Shown here in pieces: positions 25,601-32,000 of a stretch of 32,000 nt of DNA. A model generated the notes under the pieces. That model ran no database searches, was not told where the DNA came from, and worked only from the letters and a program-made list of their open reading frames with translations. Every line of letters begins with the position of its first letter. The stretch's first letter is position 1. Made by a program: the position numbers and the translations under genes. The stretch comes from an uncultured Erysipelotrichaceae bacterium (GTDB lineage: Bacteria; Bacillota_I; Bacilli_A; Erysipelotrichales; Erysipelotrichaceae), in assembly GCA_942492995.1 (NCBI GenBank), contig OW818653.1, positions 450,001-482,000 of the forward strand, given 5' to 3'.

Positions 25601-25629
25601 TAATTCACTTCCATTTAGTAAGTGAATTA
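25601..25629. promoter_or_regulatory. Perfect 10-bp inverted repeat (TAATTCACTT-N9-AAGTGAATTA) abutting the VOC gene start
   Basis: The arms are 25601-25610 and 25620-25629. The repeat ends 1 nt from the ATG (25599), includes the probable SD (GGAAG on the minus strand) and overlaps the predicted TSS region. Confidence 0.5.
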
Positions 25630-25702
25630 TCGTATATTATCATGTTCTTGTCTATTATTATGCTCAACGCTATTTTATGATGATTTATAGGACGAACTTA
25701 TG

Positions 25703-25708
25703 TATAAT
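25703..25708 (+). promoter_or_regulatory. -10 box (TATAAT) for ptb-buk
   Basis: TATAAT sits 10 nt upstream of SD AAGGAG (25718-25723). The -35 is weak. The track ATG 25700 overlaps this box. Confidence 0.45.
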
Positions 25709-25729
25709 TTGACTCATAAGGAGTTAAAT

Positions 25730-26650
25730 ATGCGACTATACCCGTATTTAATGAGTCTACTTGATAATCATATTAAAATCCGTTGTGCCGTGGCGTGTGC
25801 AGAAGATGAGGCAGTATTATCTGCTGTAATCCAAGCGTATAAACTAGATCTAATTCATCCTGTTCTATATGGAAATAAGCTTGAGATTGAGAAGATATTA
25901 AATGAATTAAAGTGTGTAGATAATATTGAAATAATTAATTGTGAATCTAAAGAAATCGCATGTCAGTTAGCCGTTCAATCGATATCATTAGGATTGAATC
26001 GTTTATTGATGAAAGGACTTGTGGATACGAGTATTTTCTTGAAGGCAGTTCTAAATAAAGAATGGGGCATTAAAGATAAAGCAGTATTATCCCATGTATG
26101 TGTTGCGGCACTTCCTGATTATGATAAGTTGTATTTTATATCCGATTCTGCGATGAATATACTTCCAGATCTTATGACGAAAAAGGCGATTATTGAAAAT
26201 GCGGTGAGTGTTGCGCGTGCATGTGGAGTTAACCATCCTAAAGTTGCGGTATTATCGGCAATCGAAAAGGTAAATGAAAAGATGCCATCAAGTGTTGATG
26301 CGCATATGTTGAGTGATATGGCAAAACGTGGAGAGATACTTAATTGTACCGTTGATGGTCCATTTGCGTTTGATAATGCTATTAATAAAAGTGCAGCACA
26401 TCACAAAGGGGTAACACATCCGAATGCTGGTGAATGTGAAGTGTTGATTGTACCGAATATTGAGTCCGGTAATATTTTAACAAAATCAATTACCTATTTC
26501 TCAAAAGGTGATGTGGCAGGGATTGTCGTTGGCGCAAAGATACCAATTATTGTGACATCACGAGCTGACTCAGATGCGGATAAATTAAATTCGATTGTAT
26601 GTGCAATTTTAAATTTAGGAGAAAATTATGGCGCAAATACTCATTCTTAA
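25730..26650 (+). CDS. ptb: Phosphate butyryl/branched-chain acyltransferase
   Basis: Start moved from 25700 to ATG 25730 (SD AAGGAG, 6-nt spacing). PTA_PTB family with LIVPNIESGNILTK and IIVTSRADS, and a Ptb-like length of about 300 aa. Confidence 0.85.
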   Translation: MRLYPYLMSLLDNHIKIRCAVACAEDEAVLSAVIQAYKLDLIHPVLYGNKLEIEKILNELKCVDNIEIINCESKEIACQLAVQSISLGLNRLLMKGLVDTSIFLKAVLNKEWGIKDKAVLSHVCVAALPDYDKLYFISDSAMNILPDLMTKKAIIENAVSVARACGVNHPKVAVLSAIEKVNEKMPSSVDAHMLSDMAKRGEILNCTVDGPFAFDNAINKSAAHHKGVTHPNAGECEVLIVPNIESGNILTKSITYFSKGDVAGIVVGAKIPIIVTSRADSDADKLNSIVCAILNLGENYGANTHS

Positions 26651-27686
26651 TCTTGGTTCTACTTCATCAAAAGGTGCGATTTATCATGATTTAGAACTTG
26701 TAAAAGAGTTCACCTTACGACATTCATCTGAAGAATTAGCACCATTTAAAAAGATATTGGATCAAGTCGATTTTCGTAAGAAGAGTGTAGAAACGTGGTT
26801 AGCTGCGGAAGGTTTTAAATTAGTTGATATTGATTTATTTTGTTTAAGAGGTGGATTGGTTAAACCAATTCCAAGTGGAATCTATAAAATAAATGAAACA
26901 ATTGTCGAAGAAGTTAAAGAAGAAAAATATGGGGCTCATTCAAGTAACATTGGATTAGTTCTTGGGTATTTATGGTCACTTGAATATCAAAAAGATGCGA
27001 TCTTTCTCAATGCGCCAGTGACAGATGAATTAAGTAATTTAGCTCGTTTTACCGGTTTAAAAGATGTTAAACGAAGAAGCGTATTTCATGCATTAAACCA
27101 GAAACAAATAGCACTTCAATATGCCAACTCAATTGATAAACCCTATGAGTCATTAAATCTCATTGTATGTCACCTTGGTGGTGGGATAAGTGTTGGTGCA
27201 CATCAATTAGGTAGAATTGTCGATGTCAGTAATGCGCTTGATGGAGAAGGTCCATTTTCACCAGAACGTTCAGGCCAATTGAGTAACTTTATGGTTCTTG
27301 ATTTAGTTGAATCGATGAAGGATATCCCAAGTATCAAGAAATTACTGGCTGGTAAAAGTGGATTAGTGTCACATTTAAACACAAATAGTATGATTGAAGC
27401 ACTTAAAATGGCAGAGAATGATCCATACGCAAAAGAAGTTATCCAAGCGATGGTATATCAAATCGCAAAACAAATTGGGACAATGGCAACTGTATTAAAG
27501 GGTAAAGTCGATCAGATTTGTATTACGGGCGGACTTGCATATAACACTAAATTTGTCGAACAGATTATAGAATACATTGATTGGATAGCGCCTGTATCTG
27601 TTTATCCAGGTGAGGATGAATTGTATGCATTGGCGAATGGTGCAGTACGTTACTTAACTAAAATTGAAGCCTTAAAAGTTTACTAA
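26628..27686 (+). CDS. buk: Butyrate / branched-chain fatty-acid kinase
   Basis: ASKHA fold motifs ILILNLGSTSSKGAIY and CHLGGGISVGAH, with a C-terminal GGLAYN. It overlaps ptb by 23 nt. SD AGGAG. Confidence 0.9.
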   Translation: MAQILILNLGSTSSKGAIYHDLELVKEFTLRHSSEELAPFKKILDQVDFRKKSVETWLAAEGFKLVDIDLFCLRGGLVKPIPSGIYKINETIVEEVKEEKYGAHSSNIGLVLGYLWSLEYQKDAIFLNAPVTDELSNLARFTGLKDVKRRSVFHALNQKQIALQYANSIDKPYESLNLIVCHLGGGISVGAHQLGRIVDVSNALDGEGPFSPERSGQLSNFMVLDLVESMKDIPSIKKLLAGKSGLVSHLNTNSMIEALKMAENDPYAKEVIQAMVYQIAKQIGTMATVLKGKVDQICITGGLAYNTKFVEQIIEYIDWIAPVSVYPGEDELYALANGAVRYLTKIEALKVY

Positions 27687-27695
27687 AATTTCATC

Positions 27696-27709
27696 TGAAA
27701 CCGCTTTCA
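27696..27709. promoter_or_regulatory. Catabolite-responsive element (cre, CcpA site)
   Basis: TGAAACCGCTTTCA fits TGWAANCGNTNWCA at all 14 positions. It lies over the -35 region of the predicted ldh promoter. Confidence 0.6.
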
Positions 27710-27724
27710 GTTCGATAAGATATT

Positions 27725-27733
27725 TGATATACT
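27725..27733 (+). promoter_or_regulatory. Extended -10 (TGATATACT) for the ldh-OFOR operon
   Basis: TGaTATACT. The predicted TSS near 27740 would give a roughly 130-nt leader. Confidence 0.4.
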
Positions 27734-27817
27734 TAAGGTACCCAATGAAAGGTCGTTACTCGTGCGCTTGGTGTACAACGTCTGTCAACTATCATTTACA
27801 TAATTAACTGAATGACA

Positions 27818-27856
27818 GTCGTTTTATGTTAAGTAAACATAAGCGACTTTTCTTTT
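27818..27856 (+). terminator. Leader (attenuator) terminator immediately upstream of the ldh SD
   Basis: GTCGTTT(T)ATGTT(27818-27830)-AAGTA-AACATAAGCGAC(27836-27847) gives 12 bp with one bulge, followed by TTTTCTTTTC. SD AAGGAG at 27859-27864. Confidence 0.65.
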
Positions 27857-27871
27857 CGTAAGGAGAAAAAA

Positions 27872-28951
27872 ATGAATAAATTTGATTACATGCAAAAGTA
27901 CGGTTATGAACAATTAGTGTATTTACATGATCGTCATTCCGGTCTTAAGGGGATAATTTGTATCCATAATACAACTCTAGGACCAGCTTTAGGTGGAACC
28001 CGTGTTTGGGAATATGAAAACGAAGAAGATGCTGTATATGATGTTTTACGTTTAGCACGAGGTATGACTAAGAAAGCTGCATGTGCAGGCTTGAATTTAG
28101 GTGGTGGCAAGGCTGTTATTATTGGAAACTCTAAACAATTAAGAAAAGATACAGTACGTAGAGAAGCATTCTGGAGAGCATTTGGTCGCTATATTGAAGG
28201 ACTTGGTGGTCGTTATATTACAGCAGAAGATGTCGGTACATGTCCTGAAGATATGACGCTAGTACGTATGGAAACGGATCATGTATTAGGTTTACCTACT
28301 ACATCAGGTGATCCTTCACCGTTTACGGCATATGGTGTATTTAAGGGCATAAAAGCATGTTTAAAAGAAGAATATGGTAGCGCTAAATTAGAAGGTATTA
28401 AAGTTGCGGTATCTGGTGTAGGGCATGTTGGTAGTTCACTTTGCGAAATGTTAGTGAATGAAGGCGCAATTCTTACCATTGCGGATATTGATGATGAGAA
28501 CGCAAAACGTGTTGCGGAATTAACAGGTGCTACTATCGTTTCACCTGACGCAATTTACGATGTTGAATGTGATGTCTTTGCGCCTTGTGCACTTGGCGCA
28601 GTGATTAATGATAATACCTTAGGTCGTTTGAAATGCAAGATTATCGCAGGTTGTGCGAATAATGTCTTAGAAGATAGTTTAATTCATGGCACAAAAGTAC
28701 ATGAAATGGGCATTATTTATGCGCCAGATTACGTTATTAATGCAGGTGGATTGATTAATGTTTATCAAGAAAAAATTGGGTATAACAAGGATGCGTCGAT
28801 GAAGGCAATCGATCAGATATTTGATCGTGTACGTGAAATAATACGTGAATCTAAGGATACAAATACACCAAGTTATTTAGTCGCAGATCGTATGGCTGAA
28901 CGCCGTATTGAAATGATGCGAAACATTAATAGTATCCATTTATCAAAATGA
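27872..28951 (+). CDS. ldh: Leucine (branched-chain amino acid) dehydrogenase
   Basis: Very close in pattern to Bacillus Bcd: YEQLVYLHD..SGLKGIICIHNTTLGPALGGTRVW, catalytic Lys in GLNLGGGKAVI, and a Rossmann GVGHVGSSL. Confidence 0.9.
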   Translation: MNKFDYMQKYGYEQLVYLHDRHSGLKGIICIHNTTLGPALGGTRVWEYENEEDAVYDVLRLARGMTKKAACAGLNLGGGKAVIIGNSKQLRKDTVRREAFWRAFGRYIEGLGGRYITAEDVGTCPEDMTLVRMETDHVLGLPTTSGDPSPFTAYGVFKGIKACLKEEYGSAKLEGIKVAVSGVGHVGSSLCEMLVNEGAILTIADIDDENAKRVAELTGATIVSPDAIYDVECDVFAPCALGAVINDNTLGRLKCKIIAGCANNVLEDSLIHGTKVHEMGIIYAPDYVINAGGLINVYQEKIGYNKDASMKAIDQIFDRVREIIRESKDTNTPSYLVADRMAERRIEMMRNINSIHLSK

Positions 28952-29607
28952 GTGAAGTAATTGTATTAACAGGGGCATATGGAGTCGGTAAGAGCGAGTT
29001 TGCGAGTCAACTCGCTCTACTTAAAGCGCCATGTGTACTTGCGGATTTTGATGTGATTAATCCATATTTTAGACCGCGTGAACAAACAACTTGGTTTGAA
29101 TCAAAGGGTGTTAAAATAATTGGTTCGCAGATTAAGAATCATATTAATCAAGACTTTCCAGCATTAAGTGGTGATTTACCTTCATACATTAATCAAGGTA
29201 AAACAGTATTAGTTGATTGTGCAGGAAGTGAGAATGGTTTAAAACCACTCGCAAGTTTTATGGAGAGTTTAAAAGATGCGAAAGTATATCTCGTCGTTAA
29301 TTTAAATCGTCCTGAATCTAATTTCGAATCTGTTTATAAAATGATTGAGTTATTTGAGTCGCGAAGTCACTTGAAAATAAGTGGACTTGTGCATAATACA
29401 CATCTATTAGATGAAACAAATGCTGAGATGATTATTGACGCACAAACAAAATGTGAATCATTATCAAAGTCCATTAATATACCAATTATCTATACGATGA
29501 TCGCAAAAGAATTGTACAATGAATGTAAAGATTCGATACACAATGAATGTGTTGTGTTTGATCGATTAATCTTAAGAGAGACTTGGATGAAGGGAGAAAC
29601 CTTATGA
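28948..29607 (+). CDS. Uncharacterised P-loop NTPase, MinD/CooC-like (SIMIBI class), function unknown
   Basis: 219 aa. Walker A GAYGVGKS (res 9-16), MinD-type LADFDVINPYF, Walker B-like VLVDCAG (res 87-93), and NTHLLDE. The signature Lys of deviant Walker A proteins is absent. There are ATGA overlaps with both ldh and the delta subunit. Confidence 0.7.
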   Translation: MSEVIVLTGAYGVGKSEFASQLALLKAPCVLADFDVINPYFRPREQTTWFESKGVKIIGSQIKNHINQDFPALSGDLPSYINQGKTVLVDCAGSENGLKPLASFMESLKDAKVYLVVNLNRPESNFESVYKMIELFESRSHLKISGLVHNTHLLDETNAEMIIDAQTKCESLSKSINIPIIYTMIAKELYNECKDSIHNECVVFDRLILRETWMKGETL

Positions 29608-29822
29608 AAGGTAAAGTTATTTTTAATACCGACACATGTAAAGGGTGTAGCTTGTGTGTAAAAGCTTGCCCAATGAAAATACTCGCTATTGATCAAACAA
29701 CGGTTAATGCGATTGGGTATAATCCGGCGTATTGTGTTGATATGGATAAATGCATTGCGTGTACGAATTGTGCACTTATGTGTCCAGATACTGTTATAAC
29801 AGTAATGAGGGTAGATCTATGA
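29604..29822 (+). CDS. 2-oxoacid:ferredoxin oxidoreductase delta subunit (2x[4Fe-4S] ferredoxin)
   Basis: Start moved from track TTG 29583 to ATG 29604 (SD GGGAGA). 72 aa with CKGCSLCVKACP and CIACTNCALMCP. Confidence 0.85.
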   Translation: MKGKVIFNTDTCKGCSLCVKACPMKILAIDQTTVNAIGYNPAYCVDMDKCIACTNCALMCPDTVITVMRVDL

Positions 29823-30874
29823 GTAAAATCTTAATGAAAGGGAATGAAGCGATTGCACAAGCTGCGATATCAGCAGGTTGTACAGCGTTTTTTGGATATC
29901 CAATTACTCCGCAAAATGAAATTTGTGAGTATATGGCGAAATACTTACCTAAAAATAATGGTGTATTCGTACAAGCAGAAAGTGAATTAGCTGCGATTAA
30001 TATGGTGTATGGTGCGTCTGCAGCGGGAGCTCGCGTTATGACTTCATCATCATCACCGGGTTTAGCTCTTAAACAAGAAGGTATTTCTTACTGTGCAGGA
30101 GCAGAATTACCAGCAGTAATCGTAAGTATCAGTCGTGGCGGACCTGGATTGGGTGGTATTTTACCTGCTCAAGGGGACTATAATCAGGCAACGCGAGGCG
30201 GTGGTAATGGGGATTATCATGTGATAGTTTTAGCCCCAAATGGAGTCCAAGAAGCGACAGATATGGTACGCAAAGCATTCTATCTTGCGGATAAATATCG
30301 TAATCCTGTTATTGTGATGGCAGATGGTGTTATTGGACAAATGATGGAACCTGTTGAAATAAATAATGAAATTGTTCAAACATTTGAAAAACCATGGGCA
30401 AGTGATGGGAACTTAAGTCGTGGTTCACGTAATGTCATAAATTCACTTTTCTTAAATCCAAATAAACTTGAACAACATAATATCGATTTAAGACACAAGT
30501 ATGATGTGATTGAAGAAAACGAAGTGGAATTCGAATGCAGTATGTGCGATGATGCGGATGTTTTATTGGTTGCGTATGGGACACCATCACGTATTGTAAA
30601 ATCAGCGATTAATCAATTAAGAGAAGAAGGAATTAAAGCAGGGTTATTTAGACCTAAGACACTTTATCCTTTTCCATATAAACAATTAAAAGAAGCTTCA
30701 AAGAATAAGAAATTCGTTCTATGTGCAGAGTTATCCATGGGTCAAATGATTCAAGATGTAAAACTTGCGGTAGAAGGAAGTTTACCCGTCCATTTCTATG
30801 GTAGAGCTGGTGGTATTGTGTTTGAACCGATTGAAATTGTTAATGCGGTTAAAAAGAATTTAGGAGGACAATAA
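29819..30874 (+). CDS. 2-oxoacid:ferredoxin oxidoreductase alpha subunit (VOR-like by context)
   Basis: Start moved from 29750 to ATG 29819 (ATGA overlap with delta). MKGNEAIAQAAISAGC..FFGYPITPQNEI is the standard OFOR alpha N-terminus. 351 aa. Confidence 0.9.
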   Translation: MSKILMKGNEAIAQAAISAGCTAFFGYPITPQNEICEYMAKYLPKNNGVFVQAESELAAINMVYGASAAGARVMTSSSSPGLALKQEGISYCAGAELPAVIVSISRGGPGLGGILPAQGDYNQATRGGGNGDYHVIVLAPNGVQEATDMVRKAFYLADKYRNPVIVMADGVIGQMMEPVEINNEIVQTFEKPWASDGNLSRGSRNVINSLFLNPNKLEQHNIDLRHKYDVIEENEVEFECSMCDDADVLLVAYGTPSRIVKSAINQLREEGIKAGLFRPKTLYPFPYKQLKEASKNKKFVLCAELSMGQMIQDVKLAVEGSLPVHFYGRAGGIVFEPIEIVNAVKKNLGGQ

Positions 30875-30875
30875 T

Positions 30876-31622
30876 ATGACAGTCATCTTTAAAAAGACTA
30901 AAGGATTAACGGATGCGCCATTTAGTTATTGTCCAGGTTGCACACATGGAATAATCCATCGTTTAGTAGCAGAATGTTTGGAAGAACTTGAAATATTAGA
31001 TCGTTCAATCGTAATTGCGTCAGTTGGATGTTCAGTTATGAGTTATGAATACTTCAATTGTGATGCGATTCAAGCGGCTCATGGTCGTGCTCCTGCAGTT
31101 GCGACGGGTGTTAAACGTGTCAGACCTGAATCAATCGTATTTACCTATCAAGGAGATGGTGATTTAGCTTCAATTGGTACTGCAGAGATTGTACAAGCTG
31201 CCCATCGTGGTGAGAATATTACTGTAATATTTGTAAATAATGCGATCTATGGAATGACAGGTGGTCAAATGGCTCCTACAACGTTACCCAATCAAATCAC
31301 CACAACTTCACCATATGGAAGAGATTCACATTTAACAGGTGAACCAATTAGAATATCTGAAATGATGGCTACGATTCCTGGTACTTATTATGTAGAACGC
31401 GTTATGGCGGCTGATCCTGTAAGTGTTCGTAAGGCTAAAATAGCGATTAAAAAAGCATTTAAGAATCAAGTCGATCATAAAGGATTTAGTATGGTTGAAG
31501 TATTATCATCCTGTAATATTGGTTGGGGATTAAGTCCAAATGATGCCTTAGAATACATTAAAAAGGATATGGCTTCATATTTTCCACTCGGTGTTTATAA
31601 GGATAAAGGAGCTAATCAATGA
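30876..31622 (+). CDS. 2-oxoacid:ferredoxin oxidoreductase beta subunit (TPP-binding)
   Basis: CPGCTHG cluster ligands and the TPP motif GDGD..NNAIYGMTGGQ. 248 aa. SD AGGAGG. Confidence 0.9.
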   Translation: MTVIFKKTKGLTDAPFSYCPGCTHGIIHRLVAECLEELEILDRSIVIASVGCSVMSYEYFNCDAIQAAHGRAPAVATGVKRVRPESIVFTYQGDGDLASIGTAEIVQAAHRGENITVIFVNNAIYGMTGGQMAPTTLPNQITTTSPYGRDSHLTGEPIRISEMMATIPGTYYVERVMAADPVSVRKAKIAIKKAFKNQVDHKGFSMVEVLSSCNIGWGLSPNDALEYIKKDMASYFPLGVYKDKGANQ

Positions 31623-32000
31623 AATCTGTGAAACTCGTATGTGCAGGATTTGGTGGACAAGGTGTATTATCAGTCGGTCAACTTGTCGCAATGATGGCCA
31701 TGGAAAAAGGATTAGCGGTTAGTTGGATGCCTTCGTATGGACCTGAAATGCGTGGTGGTACTGCGAATTGTCATGTCGTAATCGATGATTTAGAAGTTAG
31801 TTCACCAATTATTGCGGATGGTATAACGCATTTACTCGCAATGAATCAACCTGCATTGGATAAATTCTTATCTAAATGTACAAGTGATGCGAAGATAGTA
31901 CTTAATTCATCTTTAATAAAGGATTACCATATTCCAGAATCAATGAATGTAATTCCAATGGATTTTAACCAAATTGCACAAGATGTTGGTAATTTAAAAG
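31619..32000 (+). CDS. 2-oxoacid:ferredoxin oxidoreductase gamma subunit, 3'-truncated by the window edge
   Basis: Not in the track because no stop falls in the window. ATG 31619 overlaps the beta stop (ATGA). Translation is MKSVKLVCAGFGGQGVLSVGQL..SWMPSYGPEMRGGTANCHVV, the typical gamma GxGGQG / YGxExRGG motifs. Confidence 0.85.
   Translation, partial: MKSVKLVCAGFGGQGVLSVGQLVAMMAMEKGLAVSWMPSYGPEMRGGTANCHVVIDDLEVSSPIIADGITHLLAMNQPALDKFLSKCTSDAKIVLNSSLIKDYHIPESMNVIPMDFNQIAQDVGNLK

Noticed and set aside
25591-25605. A CodY box (ATTTTTCATTTAATT against AATTTTCWGAAAATT, 11/15) at the VOC/ptb divergent region, and a weaker one at 27687-27701.
   Set aside because: Four or more mismatches to an AT-only motif in AT-rich DNA is not discriminating. 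The better hit overlaps the VOC start codon rather than the ptb promoter.
17842-27735. An identical 14-mer, ATTTGATATACTTA, at 17842-17855 and 27722-27735.
   Set aside because: Both copies coincide with predicted extended -10 promoters (TGATATACT). An exact 14-nt match is about what chance predicts among all position pairs in 32 kb of AT-rich DNA. There is no flanking similarity, so I do not treat it as a repeat element.
27741-27871. A T-box riboswitch, or classical leader-peptide attenuation, as the explanation for the ldh leader.
   Set aside because: The leader is too short for Stem I plus a specifier loop. The best T-box-like stretch (TTGGTGTACAACG) matches only about 7 of 13 consensus positions. 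The 20-codon uORF (27745-27807) has no run of Leu/Ile/Val codons. Its AAGG SD would also lie upstream of the predicted TSS. The structure is kept as an unclassified attenuator instead.
25600-27871. A sigma-54 promoter (TGGCAC-N5-TTGCW) with a BkdR-type enhancer, as in the Bacillus bkd operon. I also considered a Rex box (TTGTGAA-N4-TTCACAA) for ptb-buk.
   Set aside because: No -24/-12 element could be found in either upstream region, and no EBP gene is present in the window. The 25601-25629 repeat contains TTCAC/GTGAA, but in the wrong relative orientation and spacing for Rex.
198-29818. N-terminal extensions or internal starts proposed by the ORF track: GTG 198, TTG 2203, TTG 4007, GTG 6422, ATG 25700, TTG 29583 and ATG 29750.
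   Set aside because: GTG 198 is internal to a glpK frame that is open to the window edge. The others begin inside promoters, terminators or the upstream gene. Each has a downstream ATG with a well-spaced SD or an ATGA overlap that yields the canonical family N-terminus.
1-32000. Alternative genetic code (TGA read as Trp, Mollicutes-style), CRISPR arrays, tandem repeats, IS elements, and prophage or defence genes.
   Set aside because: Many genes end at TGA exactly at family-typical C-termini and at ATGA junctions, so standard code 11 applies. Reading the intergenic regions and ORF products by eye revealed no repeat-spacer structure, transposase, integrase, or recognisable restriction, abortive-infection or toxin-antitoxin genes. 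I cannot exclude short dispersed repeats without a computational self-comparison.

Overview
This is an AT-rich chromosomal segment from a low-GC Gram-positive (Bacillota) genome, almost fully coding and mostly housekeeping. The gene order is Bacillus-like: glpK (5'-truncated), a NusG-II/Gx-transporter pair, a heterodimeric ABC exporter, a dUTPase-like gene, an M42 peptidase, lspA-rluD, a rhomboid, comEB converging on rnhC, cvpA-mutS2-uvrC, murI-ysnB, tRNA-Arg(TCT) and tig-lon-engB. Some traits look Mollicutes/Erysipelotrichia-like: an unknown helical protein directly upstream of tig-lon, a CIRCE operator on the tig promoter, and several SD-less, leaderless-looking starts. The last 6.3 kb is a catabolic cluster for oxidative branched-chain amino-acid fermentation. 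It reads ptb-buk, then a structured leader, then ldh, an uncharacterised P-loop NTPase, and a four-subunit 2-oxoacid:ferredoxin oxidoreductase (delta, alpha, beta, gamma; gamma runs off the window). I call 35 CDS and 1 tRNA. Two CDS are absent from the ORF track: a 39-aa membrane peptide and the 3'-truncated OFOR gamma subunit. Several track starts were moved downstream to SD-supported ATGs. I found no rRNA, CRISPR, IS, integrase, phage or recognisable defence genes, and I do not see a clear-cut novel multi-gene system. The best leads are: (1) the orphan MinD/CooC-like NTPase ATGA-locked between ldh and the OFOR ferredoxin subunit; (2) an unclassified terminator/antiterminator leader plus a consensus cre site in front of ldh; (3) a translationally coupled pair of membrane proteins with HIRAN-like and zinc-ribbon cytoplasmic tails, next to an unannotated 39-aa hydrophobic peptide gene; (4) a recurrent TGnTAnAAT-N6-9-ATG leaderless architecture; and (5) CIRCE control of tig-lon. 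All promoter, operator and RNA-structure calls come from reading the sequence by eye and are untested.
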